Positions 1 through 10,997 of a DNA stretch of 64,000 bases are shown here, piece by piece. The notes beneath the pieces are model-generated. The model saw only the letters and a program-made list of their open reading frames with translations, did not search any database and was not told the origin of the DNA. The stretch covers positions 1 to 64,000 of the forward strand of contig QPMI01000610.1 of NCBI GenBank assembly GCA_004431415.1, in the 5' to 3' direction. Origin of the DNA: Cyanophora paradoxa CCMP329. Its lineage: Eukaryota; Plantae; Glaucophyta. A program made the position numbers and the translations under genes. How positions within the stretch are numbered: the stretch's first letter is position 1; every line of letters starts with the position of its first letter.

Positions 1-282
1 GCGGTCAGCACGACCGTGAACGACCACATCATCTTCGCCGCCTTCCCGAGCCCGACGCCCGCCCCCGTCGGCACCACCTCGACCCTCGCCGTCGCCGTCG
101 GCGCCGCTCCGCCCGGCGGCGGCGCCTCCTCGCCGGCCCTCTCGGCGGGCGCCATCGCCGGCATCGCCGGCGCCGCCGTCGGCGCCGTCGCCCTCGCCGC
201 CGTCGCCGTCGCCGCCGTCCTCCTCCGCCGCCGCCGCGTCGCCGAGAAGGCCGCCCCGACCCAGAACGTCTGCATCGCCTGA
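1..282 (+). CDS. 3' end of a membrane-anchored subtilisin-like protease paralogue (partial)
   Basis: NDHIIFAAFPSP...AIAGIAGAAVGAVALAAVAVAAVLLRRRRVAEKAAPTQNVCIA* (TM helix plus basic stop-transfer). It is nearly identical to the C-terminus of the minus-strand subtilisin at 1083-1400. Confidence 0.75.
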   Translation, partial: AVSTTVNDHIIFAAFPSPTPAPVGTTSTLAVAVGAAPPGGGASSPALSAGAIAGIAGAAVGAVALAAVAVAAVLLRRRRVAEKAAPTQNVCIA

Positions 283-1082
283 GCCCCGGAGCCCAGGGCC
301 GGAAGCAGCAACGTACTGAGTATACGTATACCATGTACAGCTGCAACGGATACCATGTTCCTGTACGTAGCGATATCGATAGGAGGCCGGTCGCGCCTGG
401 CCACATAACATCTTTAATTTCACACAATACCTCCTTCCAGTCGTTTCTATTTTTACTTAGCTCGCACGGCGTAATTTCTCGCTTCGGCTCGATCAGGGAT
501 GTACGCTAATATATCTGATCATCGGATCGTGATTTCGAATATACTGCCGCAGTGCCGGCCGTACACTCTAATTGACTGCAATTGGATGCCTGCATAGCGA
601 TCAGGGGGCTGCAAACGAGGCTAAGGTCTACATCAAGACCGACAGCTACGAGGATGCTGGCCTCTGGGCGCCTCAAGGGACAGGGTGGGCGGGAACGCGA
701 AATTGCGGCTCGGGCGCCGCACTTGTTTTGCCGCGAAAAACGGGTATGCTAGCTCAAGGCGACTTGGACCAAATTCGGACTGTAAAATAATTGAGGCTCG
801 ACTAGCCGACTCGCTAACCTCAGTAAATCTACTTTACTACCCATAAGCTTTATGTATCAATTTTCAGATCAGACCTCAATTGCAAGCTCCAGCACATAAC
901 AAGATTCAACCTAATCAGAAAGATCCGGATCCTCCTGCAGCCAACTAGCTTTAGTACTCGTAACAGGTAATTTGTAACTAGCTATAGCTATGCGCGCTGC
1001 CGCAGTAAATATACACAAGGAGGCACGGCCGGCCTCCGGAATCACACTCACGGCCCCCGGCTTCGGCCCCGGGCTCCGGGGC

Positions 1083-3923
1083 TTAGGCGATGCAGACGTT
1101 CTGGGTCGGGGCGGCCTTCTCGGCGACGCGGCGGCGGCGGAGGAGGACGGCGGCGACGGCGACGGCGGCGAGGGCGACGGCGCCGACGGCGGCGCCGGCG
1201 ATGCCGGCGATGGCGCCCGCCGAGAGGGCCGGCGAGGAGGCCGCCGCCGCCGGGCGGAGCGGCCGCGGCGCCCACGTTCACGGCGCCAAGGGAGACAGAG
1301 AGGGTGGCGAGGGCGCCGGCACCAGCGTACGCGTCGGCCGAGTCCGGGTGGCACTGGGGCTCGGGAAGGCGGCGAAGATGAGGTGGTCGTTGTCGCTCTG
1401 GGCGTCCCGACCTTGTCCTTGGCGGCGGCCCCGAGGACGTAGGCTGCCGCTTCCGCCGGGGTCGCTCCCGGGTTCATCTGCGGAGCTTCCAGTCAGAGGT
1501 GGCCGGCGGCGGGGCGGGCGGGGCGGGGCTGGCCGAGAGGTAGAGGGCGAAGACGCCGGCGACGAGCGGGGTGGCCATCGAGGTCCCCGAGATGGTGTTC
1601 GTCGCCGTGTCCGACGAGTACCACGCCGACGGGATGCTCACGCCCTGAGCGGCGACGATGGCGGGCCAGTCAGGCACATGCAGCGGGCTCGACTTCGACG
1701 ACACAGACCACTCACCGGGGCGAAAATCTCGACGCAGGGGCCGAAGTTCGAGAAGGAGGCGCGCTGCGGGCGGCCGCGGGAAACGCATTAACGATACCGA
1801 TGAACACGAGTTCGCGGCCGGCGCTCTGCGCGCGCTCGAGCGGCGCACAGTGTCCGTGCTATCCGTCGCGCCGACGGTGATGGCGTTGGCAGCGCGCGCC
1901 GCGAGGATTTTGCAGGCTGCGGGTCGGGCGGCGGTTGGTGAGAGGGGCGATGAAGCCGACCGCGGAGGCAAGGAGCGAGGAAGACGCGCATGCACCGTCG
2001 CTGTTCTCGTTCCCTGCGGCGACGACGGCGACGACGCCAGCGCGCACGGCCCTGCAGACGATGCGGGGATCAGCGGGGAGAGCGGCGGAGAGGCTGATCG
2101 CGAGCCCCGCCGGGCGGGGCGCACGTGCTGACGGCGGTGTCGATGGGCTCGTAGGCGCCCCCGCCCAGGCTCATCGAAATGACCTGCGGGGAGCTCGTGA
2201 CCAGGCGGCGACGATGGAAAGAGGCGGATCCGGAGATCAAGAGGCGAGGCGCGCCATCGGGACGGCGGAATTGTTCTGCTTGCGGGCCGTCACCCAGTCG
2301 ATGCCGGCGATGACGGAGGCCTGCCCGCAGCAAAGAACAGTGAGAGCTCGGGAGCTCACATCTGCCGAGGTGCGCGGGCGGCGCACGAAGGAGCCAGCGC
2401 CGCGGCGGTTTAGGACCTTGGTGCCGATCACTGCGCGCGAACGGGCGTCAAGGACCCCTCGATCGCGAGGGCTGGACCGGATGCGGAGGGCTGGGTGCCG
2501 CCAGCGGGGCGCACGCTTGACATTCTTCGCAGCGCCGTAAGTGACGCCGCCGACTGTGCCGGCGCAGTGCGTGCCGTGCCCTACGGATCCCCGAGTCAGG
2601 GCGAGAAGGACGCGGGGGACGCGGTGCTCGGCGGGGCACGTGTTGGCAGTCGTAGGTCGAGCAAGGCTCGCCGATGGCTGCGCGGATTCGGAGTTCGCAG
2701 GGTGCCGCGCAGACAGCTGTCGGGCCGGGCGCACCGTCGTAGCCACGAAGGCGCGGCCGCCGAACTGCGAGTGCGTCGTGCGGATGCTGCGCCAGCGTCG
2801 TCAGCGGCGGCGTGGCGGCTGGCGCAACGGCGCTCGAGCTCGAGGCCTCACCCGGTGTCGAGGACGTGGCTGCGAGCGCGGCGGACAGGGAGCATTCAGC
2901 GAAGCGCGCGGGTATCAGAGAGGAGGCTAGCGCCGGCGTACACTTCGACGCCGGTGCCATCCGCGAACACGTTGTACTGGCCGTCATACACGCGCTCGAT
3001 CTGAAGCGGCCCGCGTGCGCGGCCTCGGTCAGCTGCAGGCACATACATCCAGCGCTAGTGCGCATGCTGAACAGAAGGGCGCGCACGGAGTCGACGCGGT
3101 CGAGGTTCCAGGGGAAAGGCGGCGGCGAGGTGGTGCCTCCTCCCGTCGGGCGGTTGATCGTCACCTGTAAACGTAGCCCGCCCCCAGTCAGGATCTACGT
3201 GCAGAAGCGACTGCCGCATTTGGGGCGCGCGCCTCCTTGTCCTCCTCGACCATTGCGACCTCCTGGCTCTCCCGCAGCCGCTCGGCCAGATGGGCCGGCA
3301 TCCTGCGCGATGCGAGAAACACCGACAGCGGTCATATCGCTGGATCTGCTGTGCTGGCTGTGCGCTCGATCATCATCGGATTCAAGCCCTTGAAGTGCGA
3401 TGCACGTGTACGTGTACCCATGCCCCAGGTGCAACAGTGGCCGGCGCGCGGCCTGCGCCTGCAGCTGCAGCTGTAGCTGGTCCCGCCCTAGCTCTGGCCC
3501 TCGATGCGCACTGCGACACGTCGGCGTACCGGGCGGCAAGTCCGTAGACGGCGTTCCCGTACTCGTAGTCGACCTGGACGCTCTTCTCGAGGCCGGCGGC
3601 GACAGCGAGGCCGCGGAATGCGTCCATAGACCGCTTCTGATGCTCTGCACGCGCGAACGCCGAGGCGCCGGGGAGGGGCGCTCCGCCCTCCTTGAAAACC
3701 TGCGGGCGGCGCGGGAACGAATTAAATTCCACTGCGAGCACGCGGCGCGGCCGGCGCGCGGTCTTGCTGAAAACGAGCGCATCCATGGCCATGCAAATAA
3801 AACGCGCACGACGATATATCGCTGTTCATGGGCCTGGGCCACGGCGGCGACGGAGACGAGCGCATGCGCGAGGCAGAGGGCCGCGAGGACGGCCGCGGGA
3901 AGGCGCGCCGCACGGAAGCGCAT
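1083..3923 (-). CDS. Subtilisin-like S8 (proteinase K-type) serine protease with signal peptide, I9 prodomain and C-terminal TM anchor; multi-exon
   Basis: Signal peptide MRFRAARLPAAVLAALCLAHALVSVA, then RYIVV (I9), PWNLDRVD, VLDTG (Asp), GHGTHCAGTVGG (His), VAAGNENSDAC and ISGTSMATPLVAG (Ser). The last exon has apparent 1-nt frameshifts. Confidence 0.9.
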
Positions 3924-4182
3924 CGTCGCAGGTGATTGTTGAATTGCTTAAAGATTCTGCTGCTGCAGTTGGTGCTGCTGCTCGGGCTGGGGGCCGGGGC
4001 ATGCATATGGGTGACGCCGTGACGGGCTGCTGGTCGAAGAGAACCAGTTCCCGTTTGGCAAGCCTACCGTTTCGAATTCCTGAAAGCCCACAAAGCTAGG
4101 CATGTGCCAGCGCAGCAGGCACGTGCGACACGTGCAGAGGCGATTGGGTGTCACAGCGCGGGCCCGGGCGGCCGGGCGGCGG

Positions 4183-5786
4183 CTACTTCTTTGTGGCGCG
4201 GACAACGAACATGGGGTCCGTGATCCCTGGGTTGGGGCTAATGTCAAGCGCCTCCGCCGGCAGGAAGCCGCCTGCAACAGTCGCACGCGGCTCGGTCAGA
4301 GGGTCATCGAAGCAGCGGGGAGGGGGGGCCGGGCCGCGGGCGCGCCGGCGTAGTGGAAGTAGGAGGCGACGATAAGGACGTGGTCCGCGTCGCTCGTCTC
4401 CAGCCAGATCTGCGCCCCGCCGGCTCAGCCGGCGCCGCACCTCGGGACGACCCGGGGCGGCGCTCGGGCCTCGGGAGGGGGGGGGGTACGGGCCTTGATG
4501 GCCTTGGAGGGGAAGCAGCGGTTGGAGAAGGACATGTGGGCGGAGCCGCCGGGGCGGAGCACGCGCGCGATCTCCCGGAACACCTCCAGCGGCTGCCCCG
4601 GCCCCGCCCCGCGCGCCCCGAGATCAGCCGGCCCCGTGGCCAGGCAAGGCGAGCAGGAGCGAGCAGACGTCGGGGCACAGGGGAAAGGAGGATGGGGGAC
4701 GACAAACAACGCGAGAGGCTCTTAGGAGGGGGTGGAGGGGGATGAGGAGGAGGAAAGGGGGCCGCGCCGGGGCGGGGCGGGGCGGGGCCGGGGGGCGGGG
4801 CGGGTGGAGGGCGGGCGGGATGGACCTTATTGAGGTAGTCCACGCTGACGACGCAGGTGACGAAGTCGAACGAGGCGTCCCCGAAGGGCAGCTTCGCGTC
4901 GACGTTCAGGTCCTGCAGCACGTACCTGCGCCCCGGCCCCGCGCCCCGCCGTCAGCAGGCGAGGCGGCGGACGACGTCCAGTTCTGGGGCCCGGCGGCCG
5001 CACTCGGTGAGCTGCGGGTTCTTCTCGAGCTCCTGCGGTGGGTACGGGTGAGCGGAGGGGGGGGGGGGGGGGGGCAAGCCGGCGCACAGCCTTGTTCATG
5101 CCAAGGCCGACCACCTGCGAGGGAAGAGGAATGGGAGACGGGGGTCAGCGGGACAAGCGGCTCCCAAGGGGGGCGCATGAGCCGCGGGCGGCCTCGAGCG
5201 AGCGAGGCGTGCGCACGCGTTTGCCCTTGAACCCCTCGGGGTAATGGGAAACCCAGCTGGAGCAGAGGTCCAACACGTCTCCGTGCTGCGGCATCACTGC
5301 CGGGCGAGTCAAACGGCGCGGCGCACGCGTCGGCGGGCCGCGGGCCGCCGCGGCGCACCGCCCGCGTAATAGTTGGTCAGCGCCTTCACAGCTGAGCGGA
5401 CCAGGCAATCAGAGGCGCGGGCGGACGTTCGAAGCGAAGCGCCGGCAACGCGCCGAATTCGTCGATGTGGAAGACGAAGCGCGGCTGCGCGTAGAACTCC
5501 CCGTCCGAGGACTCGTCCATGCGCTTGAACTGCTCGGGCCCGAACGGGAACTCCGTGGGAAACGTGACTTTCCTAGGCGTCGGCGCCGCGTCAGCCCCCC
5601 GCTGTTGGCCGCGAACGCCCAGGCCAAGCACGCGCGTGCGGCCGTGGGTGGAGCGCCGCGCAGGGGCCGCGTGCTTCTCCCGCTTCGCAACGTCTTCGCA
5701 CGCGACGTACGTCTGTATAGCTAGACCGCGGCGCGGGCGGCGGCGCGTGCGCACCGCAGCAGCTCGCCGACGTCCATGCCGGCCAT
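4183..5786 (-). CDS. SAM-dependent methyltransferase type 11 (plant/cyanobacterial-like family); start uncertain
   Basis: Exons encode FKRMDESSDGEFYAQPRFVFHIDE, VLDLCSSWVSHYP, VGLGMNK, QDLNVDAKLPFGDASFDFVTCVVSVDYL, VFREIARVLRPGG..FSNRCFPSKAI and DISPNPGITDPMFVVRATKK*. Confidence 0.85.
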
Positions 5787-5987
5787 CGTGGCAGCGGGGC
5801 GACGGGGCAGGCACGCGGCGCAGCAACCCGCGACGAGCCTCCTCGCTGCGGCTGCAAATTGAGCCAGGGCGGAAGTGGCTGTACCCCGCGCAGTCGTAAA
5901 AAAATAGCCGTTGAGCAGCCGCGTTCTTCGTTTCCAGCGATGGACGGCCCGCTGCGGACCCGGCAGCCGGATGGCGGCACACCTAAG

Positions 5988-8900
5988 ATGGTAGCCGTAA
6001 CCCCCAGCAAGGCAAGTGCCCCAGCCCCGCCGCACAACGGCCACTGACCCGCGGTCTGCAGGAGGTGATCTTCAAGCGCACGTCGTCGGCATCGAAGGCA
6101 TCTTCTGATGATGCTCCGACTCCAGTGATGAACCGCCGACCCCGCGGCTCGGACGAGAACAGGCCGCCCTCGACGGCCAAGTCGTCCCGCATCCCCGGGC
6201 CGACGCCGCGTATGCGGCGGGCCGATGATGGCATTGGCCGCATGGATAACATCACCAGCATGGCTGATTTCGATGGGTTCTTCGCCCGGGAGTCAGTTGT
6301 GTTGCTGGCGGAGTCGACTCCGTGGAACAACCGGCTCAGGTCTCTGCAGAAGCTCCACAAGGTCTTCGAGCGCCGGAGATGAAGGAGAGCATTGTCAGCA
6401 AAGCAGATGATATGGTCAAGGTCCTGGTCGTGCAGGTTCGGGCGCTCGGAGCCGTTCAGTGTTTTTGACCGGTCGAGGCCTGACACCGCGGGGCCTGCGC
6501 AGCTCCAGAATTCGCGCACGTCGGTGATGGAGGAGTCGTGCGCGATCGCGGTTTTGCTGGCGGAGCTCGTGGGGGCGGGCTGCCCGGCCGCCACGCAGGA
6601 GCTGCTGCAGGCGCTGGTCACTGCCAACGGCACCTTCAAGCCGATGACCGCCTCCCACGTCGCGACCTGCCGCGCGATCACAGCCCTCATCGACCACTGC
6701 GCCACGCGCGACTCGGCCCCGGTCCGCCGCTTTCCCTCGCGCGGATCTATTCTCGGGCCGACCGCCTGCAGGCGATGCTCGCCGCGATCGAGGCGGCCGA
6801 GTCGGGGGGCGCGGAGGGCGCATGGGCCTGGGCAAGTTCGCGCAGGCCCTCGCGAAGCACCTCCCGGGCTCGCCGTCCAAGGCGGCCCGGCGCAGCTCGT
6901 CCGCGGCCTCCGCGGCCTCCGCCTCCGCCGCCGCCTCCGCCGGGCAGTCGCCGCCGCGCGCCTCGTCGGCCTCCTGGGCCTCCGTCGTCTCGTCGGGCAC
7001 GCCGGCCGGCTCCGCGCCCCGCGCCTCGGCCGGCGCCGCCTCCGCCTCGCGCCTGCGCACGCCACCGTGCTGGCACACCGGCCCTCCGCCTCCTCCTCGG
7101 CCGGCACGCCGCCCTCCAACGGCGCCTCCTCCGCGGCCGCCACGCCCTCCGCCACCTCCCCGGCCACCCCGGGCCCGGCGGCGACCCCGTCGGAGAAAGG
7201 CACGCCGGCCCCCGCCACCCCCGCCGCCGCCGCCCTCGCCACCCCGGCCACCCCGGCCGCTTCCGGCCCCCGCGCCTCCGCCACGCCGGCGGCGGCGGGG
7301 GCGCCCGGGACGCCCTCGGTGCGGGGCAGCGCGGCGGCGTCGGCCCTGACCCCCGCCGGCACGCCCATGTCGATCTCGATCTCGGGCACGCCGGCGGCGG
7401 CCACCCCGCCGGCCCTCGACCGCCTCTCCTCCGTCAGCCAGGTGCGGCCGCCGCGGCCCCGCCCCGGCGGCGCGGCGCGGGGCGGGCTGACGCGGGGGCA
7501 GTTCGTGGGGAGGTGATCGAGCTGGTCTCGACGGGGGCGGAGTCGGTGGCCTCCCCGGGGACCCCCGCCTCGCGCCCCGCCGCGCCCGGCGAGGAGGAGG
7601 AGGAGGAGTTCCAGGACGCCGAGGAGGGCCCCGCCTCGCCCGCCGCCGCCGCCGCCGCCTCGGCCTCCGCCAGCGCCTCGCCGGCCACCCCGGGCCTCGT
7701 CGCCCCGCGGCCCTCCGCCGCCTCCGCCGCCTGCACCCCGCCCGACGTCATCCGCGCCCGCCGCTCCAGCGGCTGGGCCTCCAACTCCGCCCCTCGCCCC
7801 AGCCCGTCGACATCCTCCTCGCCTCCCCGGGCGCCGCCTCCCGCCGCGAGTCCGGCCACGCCCGCGCCGCCGGCACGCCGCCGCTGCCGCGCCGCTCCTC
7901 CGGCGCCGCCTCCCCGGCCTCGGCCCGCTCCTCCTTCGGCTACGCGGCGCCGCGGGCGTCTGCCGTGGCGCCCGGGGGCTACACGCAGGCGCAGGTGGAC
8001 GGGCTGCTGCGGGTGGCGCGCGAGGCGGCGGAGGCGTCGTTCGCGGAGCGGCTGGAGGCCGAGGCGGCGCGGGGGCGCGAGGAGGCGGCGTCGGCGGTCT
8101 CCAGCGCCGTCGCCCGCGTGCTCGCCGAGGCCGGCGCTGAGCGCCAGGCCGCCCTCGCCGCCCTCGAGGCCCGCCTCCGCGACGCCGACGCCCAGGCCGC
8201 CGCCCTCGCCGACCGCCTCGCCGCCGCCGTCGAGGCCCGCGCCGCCGCCGAGGACGCCGCCCGCGCCGCCCTCGAGAGCGCACGCGCCGCCTCCGAGCAG
8301 GCCGAGCGCGCCGCCGCCGAGGCGAGCCGGCCCCCGCCCCTCCCTGGCCCGCCGCGCCGCGGCTGACGGGGACCCTGCGCAGGCCCTCTTCACTGCGGCG
8401 GGGCGGATCAACGAGGCGGTCGCCGCCGCCGAGGCCCGCGGCCGCGCCGAGGCCGGCGCCGCCACTGCCGAGGCGAGCCGCCCGCTCCCCCAACGCCCCG
8501 GCCCCGCCTGACGGCCCCGCCGCGCCGCGCAGCTGGAGGCCCAGCTGGAGGCCGCCCGCGCGGCGCTGGCGGCGGCCGAGGCCGGCGCGGCGCGCGCGGC
8601 GGCCGACGCGGAGGAGCGGGCGCGGGGCTTCGCGGAGGAGCTGGAGGCGGCCATGGGGGCGGCGGCCGTGGTCGAGGCGGCGGCGGCCGACGCGCAGCTC
8701 GTGATCGCCCTCGAGGAGGCCCAGGCGCTCCTGCGCGCCGCCGAGGCCCGCGCCGCCGCCGCCGAGGCCGCCGCCGAGGCCGCGCCGGCCGGCCCTTCGA
8801 AGGAGGAGGCCGAGGCGCTGGTGGCGGCGGCCGAGCGCCGCGGCGCGGAGCTCGAGGCGGCCCTCAGCGAGGCCCGCGCCCGGCTCGCCGACGCCGAGGC

Positions 8901-10793
8901 CCGCTCCAGCGAGCTCGAGGCGCGCGCCGGGGAGCTCGAGGGTCGCGCCGGCGAGCTCGAGGCGCAGCTCGGGCCGCCCGCGAGGAGGCGGGGGCGCGCC
9001 TGGCGGAGCTCGAGGAGGCCCGCGGCCGCGCCGCCGAGTCCGAGGCCCGCGCGGCCGAGCTCGAGGCGCAGCTCGGCGGAGCACGGGAGGAGGCGGAGCG
9101 CGCGCTCCACAGCGCCAGCGCCGCGCTCGAGGCGCGCGTCGCTGAGCTCGAGGCGGCCCTGTCGGAGGCCCAGGCCGGCGTCGCGGAGGCGGAGGCCCGC
9201 GGGGCGTCGGCCGCCCGCGCGGACGCCGAGGCCGGGGCGGCGGAGCTGGCGGCCCGCGTGGCCGAGCTCGAGGCGCAGCTCGGGGCAGCCCGGGAGGAGG
9301 CGGAGCGCGCTGCCGGCGCCGCCCGCGCCGAGGCGGAGGCGCGCGCCGCGGAGCTCGGGGCGCGCGCCGCGGAGCTGGAGGCGGCCCTGTCCGAGGCACG
9401 AGAGCGCCTGGCGGAGGCGGAGGCCCGCGGGGCGTCGCCGGCCAGCGCCGAATCCGAGGCGCGCGTCGCTGAGCTCGAGGCGGCCCTGGCGGAGGCTCAG
9501 ACGCGGCTCGCCGAGGCCGAGGCCGGTGCCGCGGCCGCCGGCGCCGCGCGCGCGGCGGAGCTCGAGGCGTCGTTGGCGGAGGCGCGGGCGCGGCTGGCGG
9601 AGGCGGAGGAGAAGGGGGCGGCGTCGGAGGCGGCGGTGCGGGAGGCGGAGGAGCGGGGCGCGGCGCGGGCGAGCGGGGCGGCGCGGGCGGAGGTGGAGGC
9701 GCTGCTGAAGCACGCGCGGGAGGAGGCGGAGCTGTACACGGCGGAGAACGAGGAGCTCTCGCGCGAGCTGCGCGCCGAGCGCGAGGCGCACGCCACCGCC
9801 TCCGCCGACGCCTCCCGCGAGCGCGAGCTCCGCGCCGCCTACGAGGCCGAGCTCGCCGGGTCCGCCCCGCCCCGCCCCGCCCCTCCCCGCCCCTCCCGTC
9901 CGGGCCGGGTTCTCACGGGGCCGGCAGGTGCGTGGGGATCATGCAGAAGCTGCAGGAGGAGAAGGAGCGGGCGGGGGTGCAGGTGGCGCGCCTCATCGAC
10001 GAGACCGTCGAGCTCAAGGCGCAGCTGCTCCGCTACCGCGTGCGCCCCCCGCCCGCGCGCACGTGCTCAGCCGGGGCGAGGCCGACGGGGCGCCCCGCAG
10101 GACCTGGACGCGACCTTCCTCGACCTCTCCAAGGCCCGCGACGACCTGGAGGCCGAGGCCGCCAAGCTGCGCGCCGCCGCCGAGGAGGCCCGCGCCGACG
10201 GCGACCGCCGCGCCGAGTGGGAGCGCCGCCGGGGCGAGGAGAAGGAGAAGGAGGCGGCCGGTCTGCGCAAGGAGCTCGACGAGCAGCACCGGCGGTACGA
10301 GGAGCTGAAGGAGAAGGCGCAGTCCAAGCTCAGCAGCGTCGAGGCCCTCTACAAGGAGCTCCTCGACAAGTACCAGCAGCGCAAGGCGGCCCTCGCCGAG
10401 GCGCAGGCCAAGCTCGAGGCCTCGGCGCGCGAGGCGGGCGAGGCGGCGCGCCTCGCGGACGAGCGCGCGGGGACGCTGCGGCGGGAGCGGGAGGAGGCGG
10501 CGAAGCGGGAGGCGGAGCTGCTGCTGCAGAAGGAGCTGCTGGAGAAGCAGTGGGAGGCCTTCTCGAAGCAGAACGGGGACGCGGTGAAGCTGCGGGCGGA
10601 CGCGGCGGCGCTGAAGCACCAGCTCGCGAGCTCGACCTCGCAGCTCGCGCAGGCCCGCGCCGAGGGCGAGCGCCTCACCGCCGAGGCGGCCCGCCTCGCG
10701 GCCGCCGTCAAGGAGAAGGACGGCCAGGTGGTGGAGCTCACGTCGCTCGTCGAGCAGATGGAGTCCCTTCTCAAGCAGCACAAGATCATGTAG
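5988..10793 (+). CDS. Large coiled-coil protein: N-terminal CLASP/TOG-like HEAT domain, Pro/Ala/Ser-rich linker, AELEA-repeat coil, C-terminal TACC-like domain
   Basis: ATG at 5988 and a GC-AG first intron. PWNNRLRSLQKL and LQNSRTSVMEESCAIAVLLAELVG resemble CLASP_N. DLDATFLDL...RYEELKEKAQSKL...KEKDGQVVELTSLVEQM resembles TACC. Domain calls are by eye. Confidence 0.6.
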
Positions 10794-10997
10794 GGCGGCC
10801 CCGGCCGAGGCCCCCGCCCACCGCCCGCGAGCCCCGAGCTCGCTCTGTATCCTTCGGCCGTCGCGGCCGCCGCTACTTCCGAGCCGCCGCGGCGGCGTGC
10901 GTGCATCATGCGGTCGGGTATCGACCAGAGAGAGACCTGTAGAGCTGAATGCATAGAGAGATCACTGTGTCGCGCGAGGCCTGGTGGGGGGCTAGCG

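Noticed and set aside
265-282. CaaX prenylation signal in the subtilisin tail (NVCIA*)
   Set aside because: The Cys is at -3, not -4.
300-1000. AT-richer spacer between the subtilisins as a transposon
   Set aside because: No convincing TIRs, TSD or coding similarity were found by eye.
8965-8990. Frameshift in the coiled-coil gene (ctcgggccgccc where ctcggggccgcc is expected)
   Set aside because: A single-base loss in a G run is most likely a sequencing error, so it was not called a pseudogene or a programmed frameshift.
5983-9399. 1138-aa minus-strand ORF, and similar long Arg/Pro/Gly-rich ORFs such as 45516-48866 and 46972-49476
   Set aside because: These are stop-poor shadow frames caused by extreme GC. 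The real genes are spliced and lie on the other strand or in other frames.
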